Both the position numbers and the translations under genes were made by a program. Shown one piece after another: positions 51,075 to 63,150 of a DNA stretch of 64,000 bases. The stretch is from positions 14,727,951 to 14,791,950 of the forward strand of contig NC_057751.1 in NCBI RefSeq assembly GCF_004010195.1. Direction: 5' to 3'. This stretch comes from Chiloscyllium plagiosum (taxonomy: Eukaryota). The notes below the pieces were generated by a model. The model searched no databases. It saw only the letters and a program-made list of their open reading frames with translations, and was not told the origin of the DNA. Numbering within the stretch: the stretch's first letter is position 1; every line of letters begins with the position of its first letter.

Positions 51075-53050
51075 CGAGCGTAGAAATCTACAGCTTCTGT
51101 GGAAACAGGCCCTTCGGCCCAACTTGTCCATGCCACCCAGTTTTCACAATTAATCCAGTTCTATTTGCCTGCATTTGGTCCATATTCCTCCATATCTGTC
51201 CCATCCATGGACCTGTCTGAATGTTTTTTACATGACAAAATTGTACTCGCCTCTACCACTGCCTCTGGCAGGCTGTTCTGGTCACTTACATATTCTGTGT
51301 GAAAAAATTGCCCCTCTGGACCCTCTTGCATCCTCTCTCACCTTAAACCTAACCCCTCTAGTTTCAGAATCCCCTACCATGTCCGTAATCGACTTCATCA
51401 ATGCCTCTCATGATTTTCTCTATCGGGTTCTTCGAGGAAGATACCAAGTTGTTAGATGAAGGAAGGACTGTTGATGTCATATATGTGGACTTTAGTAAGG
51501 TGTTTGATAAGAGTCCCCATTGTAGACTAATGGAGAAAGTGGAGACACATGGTATGCAGGGTGTTCTAGCTGGGTGGATAAAGAACTGATTGAGCAACAG
51601 GAGACAGAGTAGTCATTGAAGGGAGTTTCTCAAAATGGAGAAAGGTGACCAGAGGTGTTCCACAGGGGTCAGTGTTGGGGCCACTGTTGTTTGTAATGGA
51701 CATAAATGATCTGGAAGAGGGCACTGTTGGTATGATCAGCAAGTTTGCAGATGACACGAAGATTGGTGGAGTAGCAGAAAGCATAAGGGACTGTCAGAGA
51801 ATACAGGAGGATATAGATAGACTAGAGAGTTGGGCAGAAAAGTGGCAGATGGCTTTCAATCCTGACAAATGTGAGGTGATGCATTTAAGCAAGTCTAATT
51901 CTAGAGCGAATTATACAATGAATGGAAGAGCCTTGGGAAAAGTTGATGGGCAGAGAGATCTGGGAGTGCAGATCCATTGTACCCTGAAGGTGGCTGCACA
52001 GGTGGTTAGAGTGGTCAAGAAGGCATATGGTATGCTTGCCTTCATTGGACGAGGTATTGAGTATAAGTCATGTTAAAATTGTACAAGATATTGGTTTGGC
52101 AGCATTTAGAATACTGTGTACAGTTCTGGTCACCACATTACCAAAAGGATGTGGATACTTTGGAGAGGGTACAGAGAAGGTTCACAAGGATGTTGCTTGG
52201 TATGGAAGGTGCTAGCTATGAAGAGAGGTTGAGTAGGTTCGGTTTATTTTCATTAGAAAAAAGGAGATTGAGGGGGGACCTGATTGAGGTTTACAAAATC
52301 ATGAAGGATATAGACGAGGCGGATAGAGACCAGCTTTTTCTGAGGTGAAGGATTCAATAATGAGAGGTCACGCTTTCAAGGTGAGACGTGGAATGTTTAA
52401 GGGGGATACACGCGGCAAGTACTTCACACAGAGGGTGGTGGGCGTCTGGAACGCGTTGCCAGCAGAGGTGGGAGAGGCAGGCACGGTAGATTCATTTAAG
52501 ATGCGTCTGGATAAATGCATGTGTAGGTGGAGAGCAGAGGGATACAGGTGCTTAGGAATTGACCGACAGGTTTAGACAGTACATTTGGATGGGCTCAGGC
52601 TTGAAGGGCCGAAGGGCCTGTTCCTGGGCTGTAAATTTTCTTTGTTCTATTGTTCTATAAGGTCACCCCTCAGTGACCTATGCTCCAGGGAAAAAAAGCT
52701 CCAGCTGATCCCAACCTGTCCTTGGAAGTCAAACCAGTCCAAGTATCATCCGAGTAAATCTTTTCTGCACTCTTCCTGGTTTAATAATATCCTTCCTGTA
52801 ATAGGTGACCAAACTGCAAGCAGTCCTCCAAATGTGGACATACCAAAGTATAGTATGGCTGCAATAAGACACCCGAACTCCGATACTCAATGCTCTTACC
52901 GATGAAAGCAATCACATCGAAAGCCTCCTTCACCACCCTGTCTCACTGTGAGTCTATTTTCAAGGAGCTATGAGCCTGTATCCCTCTTTGTTCTCTCATA
53001 CTCCCCAGGGCCCTCCCACTGACTGTGTCAGTCCTGCCCTGGTTGGACTC
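51075..53050. mobile_element. Plus-strand CR1 (51420-52657) nested in a minus-strand CR1
   Basis: VDVIYVDFSKVFDK...[20 protein letters not shown]...KFADDTKIGG; minus-strand CR1 sequence flanks both ends. Confidence 0.88.
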
Positions 53051-53404
53051 ACCAACAGGATTTTCATGTTGAAGAGGTTGACTGTGGGATAAAATTCAAA
53101 ATCAAAACAAATAAAAAACCCAATAGGAAATAAACGACGTGAAATTACAATGATTCATTGCAACACTTCATGCTGCCTGAATTCTGGGTCGTCTTTATCA
53201 TTTTAAACAATTCTCCCTTGAGACTATAATGTGTGTGACTGTACACTTCCTCCCTGCAGTTAGACATACATTTGGCGTTCATATCCAGGGTATGGATGTA
53301 GACAGTGCAGTTGCAAGCAGTCGCAGTAGGTGTTTCGGTGGGCCATATTCTTTCTCTCCCAGTCGCTGTCATTTTGGACAGGCACAATTTTTAGTTTTTT
53401 TTTA

Positions 53405-53705
53405 TATTCCCTACAGTGTGGAAACTGCCCCTTTGACCCAACCAGTCCACACCGACCCTCCGAAGAGTAACCTACCCAGACCCATTTCCCTCTGACTAAT
53501 GCACCTAACGCTACAGGCAATTTAGCATGGCCAATTCACCCTGACCTGCACATCTTTGGACTGTGGGAGGAAACCGGAGCACCCGGAGAAAGCCCACGCA
53601 GACAGGGGGAGCATGTGCAAACTCCACACAGACAGTCGCCTGAGGCTGGAATCGAACCTGGACCTTGGTGCTGTGAGGCAGCAGTGCTAACCACTGAGTC
53701 ACAAT
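53405..53705 (-). mobile_element. HE1-type SINE
   Basis: Reverse complement of the SINE consensus. Confidence 0.85.
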
Positions 53706-54171
53706 GTCACTGATCAGAGGAGCAGACCGTTCAGTCCATGCTGAACATAATCCCAAACTAAACTAGACCCATCTGCCTGCTCCTGACCCATATTCCTCGA
53801 TACATTTCATGTTCACACACTTAGCTAAGTGTCTTTTAAACGAAACAGTGTCCATATCCACCATATGACTTCCTCTGGCAGTTCACTCCACACACCAACC
53901 ACTGTCTATGTAGAAAAAGTTGCCCCTATGTCTTTTTGAATCTCTCTCCTCTCTCACCTTAAAATATGCCCCCCCGTCTTGATATCTCCCAACCTCGGGA
54001 AAACACAGCTACCATTACTCTATTTATACCTGTCATGATTTTATACACCTCTATAAGGACACCTCTCAGCTTCCAACACTCCATTGAGACAAGTCCCAGA
54101 CTACCCAGACTTTATTTATAATTCAGTACCCAGTTCATTCCTGGTAAAGTTCTCCATTAATAATAGTCGGT

Positions 54172-54370
54172 CGGGTGGTGCTAGAAAAGCACAGCAAGTC
54201 AGGCAGCATCTGAGGAGCAGGAGAGTCGACGTTTCGGGCATAAGCCCTTCATCAGGAATTGCCCGAAACGTCGATTCTCCTGCTCCTCGGATGCTGCCTG
54301 ACCTGCTGTGCTTTTCCAGCACCTCACTCTCGACTCTGATCTCCAGCGTCTGCAGTCCTCACTCTCTCCA
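54172..54370. mobile_element. Penelope-like terminal repeat family A, inverted pair, hammerhead on minus strand
   Basis: gtcgacgtttcgggcataagcccttcatcaggaatt then gcccgaaacgtcgattc. Confidence 0.75.
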
Positions 54371-54429
54371 CTTAGGTCCCCTGGCCCTGACGGCTTACAT
54401 GCCAGGATCCTACAAGAGGTAGCTACGGA

Positions 54430-55650
54430 GTAAGTGCGATTTTCCAAAAATCCTTAGATTCTGGAGGATTGGAAAGCTGCGACTGTGAACATCCCTTTCA
54501 GAAAGGAAGGAAATAGACCAATTCGCCGAGCATGTATTGCTGGAAAATCTTGAGAATCAGTTATTAAGGAGGCAGTAGCAAGACACTTGGAAAATCATCA
54601 TCTAATTAGGCAGAGTCACCCGGGCTTCATGACAGGGAAATGATGCCTGATTAATTTATGAAAGTTTTTCCAAGAAGTCTGGACCAGAGTGGATAGAGGG
54701 AAACCAGTAGATGTGTTGTATTTGGATTTCCAGACAAAGCACCTGACAAAAGACTGTGTCATAAGAGCCCTGGGTGTTGGAGGTAGTATTTGGCATGGAT
54801 GAAGAATTGGCTAATGGGCAAGAGAGATACAAGCAATTTACAGAGAGATATTGATATTGGGCGAATGGAATATAATGTGGGAAAATGCAAAGTTATTCAT
54901 TTTGGAATGAAGAACCAAAGATCAGAGTGTGACTTCAAAGGGGGAAAGCACAGGATGCTACAACACAGGGTGACTTGACTCGTGCACGAAACGTGAAAAG
55001 TGAGCACGTAGGCACAGCAGGTCATGAGGAAGGCTCATGAAACGTTGGCCCTTATTTCAAGGGGGTTGGAGTAAAAGAGTAGGGAGGTCTTAGTGCAATT
55101 GGACAAGGTGCTGGTGAGATCACATCTGGAGCATTGAGAGCAATGAAATCTCTCCTTTATTTAAGGAGAGATTTCATTGGAGGCAGTTCATAGCAGCTTC
55201 AACTGGCGTAATCCCTGCGAGGGAGGGATTATCTCATGAACAAAGTGTTAACAGATTGGGACTCTACTCCCTGAAGTTTTGAATAATGAGAAGTGATCTC
55301 ATTGATACATGATGGATTATTAAGGGGCTTGACAGGGTCAACGCTGAGGGGGATGTTTCCGCTCATGGGAGAGTGTAGGACCAGAGGGAATAGTCTCAGA
55401 ATAACGGTGTACCAGTTTACGACTGAACTGAGGAGGAATTCCTTCTCCCAGAGAGTTGAGAGTCTTTGGAACGCCTTGCCACAGACAGCTGTGTGGACAG
55501 AGGTCTTTTGTCTAATCAAGGCTGAGGTAATTAAACGATCAGGAGAGGAATCAAGAGTTATGGAGAAAATACGGGATAGTGGTTGTTAGGAATGTTGGAT
55601 GAGCTCTGGTCCCATTGAATGGCCCCCTCCTGTTCCCATTTCTTCAGGTT
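54430..55650 (+). mobile_element. Degenerate CR1 LINE
   Basis: RT remnants (gtgttgtatttggatttccag; MEYNVGKCKVIHFG; FSQRVESLWNALPQ). Confidence 0.8.
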
Positions 55651-55829
55651 TATGGATCCCTGACCTGAAGATTTGAAGGTGTTTGCTGCAGTACTCCCAC
55701 TGACCAAGGGATGGCGCTGGTATGGTTCTGTAGTACCCCTTCACTGACTGGAGGAGGTGCTGGAGGAGCTATGATTTGGAGGTTGCTGGAGGAGCTATGA
55801 TTTGGAGGTTGCTGGAGGAGCTATGATTT

Positions 55830-56375
55830 GGAGGTTGCTGGTGTTGGACTGGGGTGTATAAAGTTAAAAATCACACAACACCAGATTATAGTCCAACAGG
55901 TTTATTTGAAAGCACTAGCTTTCTGAGCGCTGCCCCTTCATCAGGTGGTTGTGGAGAATAAGATCGTAAGACACGGAATTTATAGCAAAAATTTACAGTA
56001 TGATGTAACTGAAATTATATATTGAAAAAGACCTGGATTGTTTGTTAAGTCTCTCATCTTTCAGAATTACCATGTTGGTATCTTTCATGTGTAAATCCCA
56101 GAATGCTTTTTTAAAGTTACATTCTCAAAAAAGGTTCTGGGATTTACATATGGAAGAGTTGATACCAACATGGTCATTTGAAAAATGAGAGACAATCCAG
56201 GTCTTTTTCAATATATAATTTCAGTTACATCATACTGTAAACTTTTGCTATAAATTCCGTGTCTTACGATCTTATTCTCCACAGCCACCTGATGAAGGGG
56301 CAGTGCTCTGAAAGCTAGTGCTTCCAAATAAACCCACTGGACTCTAACCTGGCGTTGTGTGATTTTTAACTCTGT
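55830..56375. mobile_element. Palindromic Penelope-derived element (family C) with ~250-bp inverted arms, each carrying a hammerhead motif
   Basis: 55858-56115 is the reverse complement of 56127-56375; cac-CTGATGA-agggg...ctct-GAAAGCTA-gtg at 56286-56320 and its mirror at 55913-55947. Confidence 0.75.
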
Positions 56376-57284
56376 AGGAACGAGATTGCACTGTCCACAG
56401 GGTGACGCGTGAGACGCTCACGCATCTAGTTATAAAGTCCAGGATTCCAGACCGTTTTAACCAATTGGTCAACCTGCTCTATAACCTTCAATCAGTTGTT
56501 CATAAGTACACCAAAGTCCCTCTGCCCTTGCACCCTCTTTGGAATGGCACTCTTTATACTGCCCCCCCCCCCCCTTGCTCTTCTGACAAAAAATGTCACT
56601 TCACGGGTTTCTCGATTTAAACTGCATCTTTTGTGTTTCACCAGCCTCTTTGTGTCGTCTTCAGCTTTAGCAGTAACCTCCCACAGTTCACAGTACTTGC
56701 TCAATCTTCCCACTGTAAAATTGTGCCCGACACCACCCAGTCTCAATCGTTAAGAGACCAAGGGAAGCATGGGCCTGGTTCTAACCCTTCAGGATTTCCA
56801 CTCTATACCTTTCTCTCTCCCTCTCTCCGGTCTCTCAGCCACTTTCCTACCCAGTGCTGATCTCTTCTGTTAAATCCCCCACCAGCTCTGATTGTGCCAG
56901 TATCGTGGAGTGTGGGTCTGATCGGGTTCTGAAGGAGAGACAGTGTTGGGCCCATTGTTCACAAAGCTCCGGAAGTCTAGTTGCCTGCACTGTGCTGTGT
57001 CGACTTACAGGTCCCAGGGTGAAATGGTTTGTGCACAGCCCCGCAGTCGGATCCAACCAGTCATCCTGACAAAGGGATATGGAGCTGTATTGAACAAATG
57101 GCAGTTGAAGCACAGATTAATCTCATTGCACAGCAGAGCAGGCTCCAGGGGTTCAATGGCTTCCTCCAACTCCATATTCAAACATTTTCCAAGCACCCAG
57201 CGAATGCAGGCAACCCAAAAAGACTTTTCTTTCTTCAAGGTTGACATTTCACTCTGTCTGCCTCTTCCCTTGAAGCTATATTAG

Positions 57285-57830
57285 AGTTACAGAGGTGTAC
57301 ACATGGAAACAGGCCCGTCAGCCTAACTCGTCCTTGTCGACAAGCTATCCCAATCTGACCTAGTCCCGTTTGCCAGCACTTGGCCCATATCCCTCTAAAT
57401 CCTTCCTGTTCATATACCCATCCAGATGCCTTTTAAATGCTGTAATTGTACCAGCCTCCACCACTTCCCCTGGCAGCTCATTCCATACACGTACCACCCT
57501 CTGTGTGAAAACGTTGCCCCTTAGGTCTCCTTTATATCTTTCCCCTCTCACCCTAAACCTATGCCCCTCTAGTTCTGGACTCCCCGGCCCAGGGAAAAGA
57601 CTTTCCCTATTTATCCTATCCATGCCCCTTATGATTTTGCAAACCTCTATAGGATCACCCCTCAGCCTCCGACGGTCCAGGGAAAACAGCCCCAGCCTGT
57701 TCAGCCTCTCCCTGTAGCTCAAACCCTCCAACCCTGGCGACATCCTTGTCAATGTTTTTTTTTTGCATCCTTTCAAGTTTCACAACAGCTTCCGTCTCGC
57801 AAGGAGACCGGAATTGAACACAGTTTTCCA
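57285..57830 (-). mobile_element. CR1/HER1 LINE 3' fragment
   Basis: [23 protein letters not shown]...[14 protein letters not shown]. Confidence 0.88.
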
Positions 57831-58159
57831 CAAGTCAACATTATGAAGTCTTGGATGCTTGGGAATTGAGCACGGTTCTCCATCTTTGTAAAGAAATGTG
57901 GCTTCAGAGTGTCGTGACAGGACACACAGTCCAGAGGGAGAGTTCAAAGATAGCACAGAATTCATTGAGGTATGGGCTGAATCTATCAGCCGAAAGTGCA
58001 GTCTAAGGTTGACATTAACTTCTGAGGTTATTTTCAGATTAGAATGCTTCACAGGACTGACCCGTTTCAATGTGGGTAAAACCTTAGAGTTGCTGTTTTC
58101 TTGGGACTAAGGAGTCCCTGTTAATCACAGTTTCACCAGGCTATGGTGATAATAAATGA

Positions 58160-58655
58160 TTGATTGATTTATTGTTGTCGTCTGCGTGCCATACAGGCGG
58201 TTTGTCCCATACAAATTGCATCAGAGTTCCAGAACAGAGTACATGAACACCTTGTTACAGTCACAGAGAGAGGAGACAGAGTCTGAGAGGTCTGTTCAAA
58301 AGCCTGATAATAACAGGGAACAAACTGTTCTTGAATGTATTGGTACATCGATTCAAGCTTTAATATCGACGGGTGAGGGTGGAAGCGAGAGGGTGGGAGG
58401 GGTCTTTGATGATGTCGGCTGCCTTCCTCAGGCAAATGGGGAGGATAGATGGAGTCAGTGGCTGGAAAGCCGGCTTGCGTGATGGACTGAGCTGTGCTCA
58501 GGATTCTCTGGAGTTTCTTGTGGTCTTGCAAAGACCACTTGCACCCAGGTAGAAAGCTTTCTGTCGTGCACCTCTGACAATTGTTGAAGAGTCCTCGTGG
58601 ACACGCTGAATTTCCTGAGCCTCCCGAAGAACAAGAGACTTTGCTGTTCTTACAA
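58160..58655 (-). mobile_element. Rex1/Babar-like LINE fragment
   Basis: DHKKLQRILSTAQSITQAGFP; similar to 18290-18830. Confidence 0.6.
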
Positions 58656-59127
58656 TTGTCGTGGGATTCGGGTGGGGGGAGTGTGGGATTAAAGAGGGTG
58701 ATTAAAAAGTGGAGGTAACTTTGTCCAGCTTGAATGTTGGAAATCTGGAGACCGCCTGGAGGATGAGACAAAGGGTGAAGAAAATGCACTGGAGTTGGAA
58801 TGATGCAGTGAAACCTGGATTTGAGCACACTTAAACCCAGAGAGGAGACAGCCTATGGGTCTTCAGCAGAGATCAGTGGAAATGAATTGAATCCAGCTCA
58901 GATTGTACGACATTGGCGACATTTGAGACAGAAGTAAAGGAATGAGAGGTGGGCGTGACAAAACCGCTGTGCAGCGGCTTCCAAGTCTTGAGGCAAATCC
59001 TCCCCGACAGGGACCCCACTGTTGCACGCAGAAGGGGCGATTGCAACTGTTTATAATTGGTTGCATCTTAAGAATAGTCTGCCTCACTGAGAGGGAAGCC
59101 AGATGCAGAAGGAATGCTGGAGTGGGG

Positions 59128-59800
59128 TTATAGAGTCGTAGAGGTGTACAGCCCGTGTACAGCCTTCGGTCCAACCCGTCCGTGCCGACCCAGATATCCC
59201 AACCCAATCTAGTCCCACCTGCCAGCACCCGGCCCATATCCCTCCAAACCCTTCCTATTCATATACCCATCCAAATGCCTCTTAAATGTTGCAATTGTAC
59301 CAGCCTCCACCACTTCCTCTGGCAGCTCATGCCATACACGTACCACCCTCTGTGTGAAAAAGTTTCCCCTTCGGTCTTTTATATCTTTTCCCTCTCACCC
59401 TGAACCTAAGCCCCTCTAGTTCTGGACTCCCCAACCCCAGGGAAAAGACTTTGTCGATTTACCCTATCCATGACTCCAGACCTCACCTTAAGCCTATACC
59501 CTCTACCTTTGGCATCAGAGAAATATTTTGACTATTCATCCCACCATGCCCCTTCATGATTTGATAAACCTCTATCAGGTCCCCCCCCTCAGCCTCCGAC
59601 ACTCCAGGGAAAACAGCCCCAAGCCTCTCCCTCTAACTCAAACCTCCCCCCCCCCCCGCCGCTCCCCGACCCCAGCAACATCCTTGTAAAACGTTTTACA
59701 TCCTTTCAAGTTTAACTGCGTTCTTTCAATAGCAGGGAGACCAGAATTAGACACAGTATTCCAAAAACTGCAATATGGCAACCCAGCTCCTGTACTCAAA
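59128..59800 (-). mobile_element. CR1/HER1 LINE 3' fragment
   Basis: Same 3' UTR and ORF tail as the other copies. Confidence 0.85.
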
Positions 59801-59929
59801 TGGACAGGTTGCTTAATGAGGTGAATATGCGTAAGATCCTGAGGGGACTTGACTCGGTGTGGGAAGGATGTTTATCTCTGTTTCTCTCTGCACAGGGGCT
59901 GCCAGACCTGCTGAGTTCCTCCAGCATTG

Positions 59930-60370
59930 TTAGTTTGATTTGATTCGATTTGCTTCACTATTGTCACACGTCCCTTGGGACATTGAAAAGTTTCATTTTC
60001 CACGCAGTGCAGACAGACCGTCACATACCAACAGAACAGAGCTCGGAATCCAAGGTTACAGCGGGAGAGAAGGTGCACAGAGATTGAGAGGTCCAGTCAG
60101 AGGTCTGATCACAGCGGGGAAGAAGCTGCTGTTGAATCTGTTGGTACGTGTGTTTCAGCTGTTGTATCTTCTGCCCGGTGGAAGAGTTTGGAAGAGTATA
60201 TAACCAGGGTAGGAAGGGGGCTTTGATTAGCCAGCCGGAAGTGTAAATGGAGTCAGCAGATGGAAGGTTGGCTGTGTTCACAACACTCTGTCGTTTCTTA
60301 CGTTCCTGGGCAGAGCAGTTCCCATACCATGTGATGCATCCAGACAGAATGCATCTGTAAGAATGTTGTT
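59930..60370 (-). mobile_element. Rex1/Babar-like LINE fragment
   Basis: YRCILSGCITWYGNCSAQERKKRQSVVNTA. Confidence 0.7.
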
Positions 60371-61596
60371 CGAATAGCCCCTTTTCAACGGTGGTGTCGG
60401 GAGGGGGTCGGGGTGGCGTTGCGTCCACGCCCACCCGAGAAGGCCTTTGATTCAACATCCCCTCCAAAACAAAACACACAGTACCATGGACAGTGCAGTG
60501 CAGGCCTTTGGATTGCACCCACTCTGTCAGCCTCAGTGTGTCTGCAGCAGTGGGGACTTGAACCCTTGACCTCCCGACTTGGACAATGCACAAGGTGGTG
60601 GGGGAGGGGCGGCGCTACAGTGGAAAACCCAGTTGATTCAGGGGGCCACCAAAAAAGCTGACGTTGCTGTCCTGGGCGCCCAAACATCTCACAGACGCAA
60701 CGGGGAGGTGCGGTAGTTCTGATCGAAAGGTGAAGATTCTCAGCTGGAGGAAGGCCGGTTTTGACAGTATTAGGCAAGAACTTTCAGACATTGACTGGGG
60801 CAGGCTCTGAGCGGGTCAGTGGGTGGCTGGAAAATGGGAGGCTTTATTAAAATGAGATAACCAGAGGCAGTCTCGTTCCCTTTCGGGTGAAGGGCAAGGC
60901 TGGTAGGTGTAGGGCGCGCTGGATGACTGGAAAAATTGAGGGCTCTGGTCAAGGGGAAGAAGGAAACTTGTATGTCGGGGTGTAGACAGCTGGGATCGAG
61001 TCAATCTCTGCAAGAGTGTAAGGCCAGTCGGGGTATACTCAAGAGGGAAATCAGGAGGGCAAAACGATTCGTGAGGTAGCCGGTCAGAGGAATGATGAGA
61101 GTGGGTGCAAAGCATCAGAGAGCATAAAGTTAAAATGGAGAAGGGAAGGAGGGAGGGATGGTGTGTTCAATAAACCAAACCAGGGCAGGGCTGAGACCAA
61201 ATAACAAATAAATCGTGGAAGTGTCATCCCAGCAAGGATTGAGGGAGTGTTTCCACGGCATCAGCGGACTCCAATCCAGAGGGAATGCAGCTCTCTTGGA
61301 GCAGCAGCATCCAAGCCATTTTGTGATTGAGCAGCATTGCAACTTGGTTATTCCGAACAAAAGGCAACCTTCCGACCAACCTGAGTCCCTGGAGCCCGAG
61401 AAAGAGGCAGTTCGATTCTCTGTGTCTCAAGTGACTGATTCCAGGTGGATTGGTCGAAAACCAGCAGTGACGACCTGCTAATCTGATGTGCTTTCTTATG
61501 ATCGGAGCATTGAAGATGAGGTGGGGTCTCGGGCAACGCGCGAGTGCAGAGACGACTGAAAGCCTGAAGTTGGACAGACGTTAACAGCAAGATGGT

Positions 61597-61912
61597 GGGG
61601 TGGCACGGTGGCTCAATGGTTAGCACTGCTGCCTCACAGCACTAGGGACCCTGTTTCGATTACCCACCCTTGGGTGACTGTCTGTGTGGAGTTTGCACAT
61701 TCTCCCCGTGTCTGCGTGGGTTTCCTCCGGGTGGTCCGGTTTCCTCCCACCGTCCAAAAATGTGCTAAATTGCCCATCGTGTTAGGTGCATTAGTCAGGG
61801 GTAAATATCGAGGAGGGGAATGGATCTGGGTGGGTTACTCTTCAGAGAGTCAGTGTGGACTTGTTGGGCTGAAAGGCCTGTTTCCATACTGAAGGGAACC
61901 TAATCGAATCTG
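61597..61912 (+). mobile_element. HE1-type SINE upstream of the LGI exon 1
   Basis: ggggtggcacggtggctcaatggttagcactgctgcctcacagc... Confidence 0.85.
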
Positions 61913-62548
61913 AAAAGACACCCAAGTGCTTGAGGTGCTGGTGCGTAGGTGAAGACTGAGCTTGGAATCCCACTGCAGTCTGAGACAATTGTCTCCCACT
62001 TGAGCTGAGGGAATGGGCTCTGTTCAGACATTATCAGCGATTGTACAGTGTTTGTTCAAGTGCCCCATCAAGGGCTGTTCAGTCTGATTTTCGCTTTGTT
62101 TTAAAAGGAGTAATTTCAGGAGGAGATGACGAAATGGCAGAGGATATGTGAAGCAGTACAACACAGGCCTGTCTTGTTCGTGCTTTAGCAGGCAGTGGAA
62201 CAGTTCAGCACTGTCAGCTCCTTGCCTTCAGTCCCTGGCACAGGACCACACTTCGCGAAACAATTGATCCGATTGAGAGCCTGACATCAGCATAAAAGCT
62301 CCCATCGCGTCACTCCCCTGGCTTTTTGATCCGTGAGCCCAAGCTCGGAGCGATGTGAAAGTTTTAACCTTTGCCAGCGAGGCGTTGATATTCAAGAGGA
62401 CCCGACGACTGAAGTGGTCTGCGACTGTATGTTAAGTGGGTCGCAGTCAGCAAGACACCCACCTCCCTCGAAGACTGCAAAGGGTCCAAAACTGAATCCG
62501 GACCCAAAGCTCGGGCTGCTGTCTTCAGTGGCACAGCCGCTTCACAGG

Positions 62549-62757
62549 ATGAGCGTGTCTCAGAGCAGTATTTCCAAGCGATGGGCGCTGGTTGCGACTT
62601 GCCTGCTTTGGGTCCTCGGCCCGTCGCTCTCGGTGGGAGCAAAGAGGTGGCCCAATGATCCCAAGTGTCCTCCGTCCTGCTCCTGCACCAAAGACAGCGC
62701 TTTTTGCGTGGCGTCGAAATCCATCCCACAAACGTTTGCAGGGAACCTGATCTCCTT
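62549..62757 (+). CDS. LGI3: LGI3-like exon 1 (signal peptide + LRRNT), opposite strand to exons 3-8
   Basis: MSVSQSSISKRWALVATCLLWVLGPSLSVGAKRWPNDPKCPPSCSCTKDSAFCVASKSIPQTFAGNLIS(L); hydrophobic leader, CPPSCSCT.D.AFCV motif, phase-2 donor TT|GTAAGT as in LGI genes. Confidence 0.88.
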
Positions 62758-62825
62758 GTAAGTAAGCCAGCTCGGAGGGTGGGAACAAGTTGTATTGGGG
62801 GGGGGAGGCCAAAGAGATGGGATGC

Positions 62826-63150
62826 CACTGTTGGAATATTGCGTGCAATTCTGGTCTCCTTCCTATCGGAAAGATGTTGTGAAACTAAAGATATAAAACA
62901 GACCTAAGGGGCAACCTTTTCACACAGAGGGTGGTGCGTGTATGGAATGAGCTGCCAGAGGATGTGGTGGAGGCTGGTACAATTGCAACATTTAAAAGGC
63001 ATCTGGATGGGTATATGAATAGGAAGGGTTTGGAGGGATATAGCCCGGGTGCTGGCAGGTGGGACTGGATTGGGTTGGGATATCTGGGTCGGCATGGACG
63101 GGTTGGACCGAAGGGTCTGTTTCCGTGCTGTACATCTGTACGACTGTATA
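62826..63150 (+). mobile_element. CR1/HER1 LINE 3' fragment in LGI intron 1
   Basis: [33 protein letters not shown]. Confidence 0.85.
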
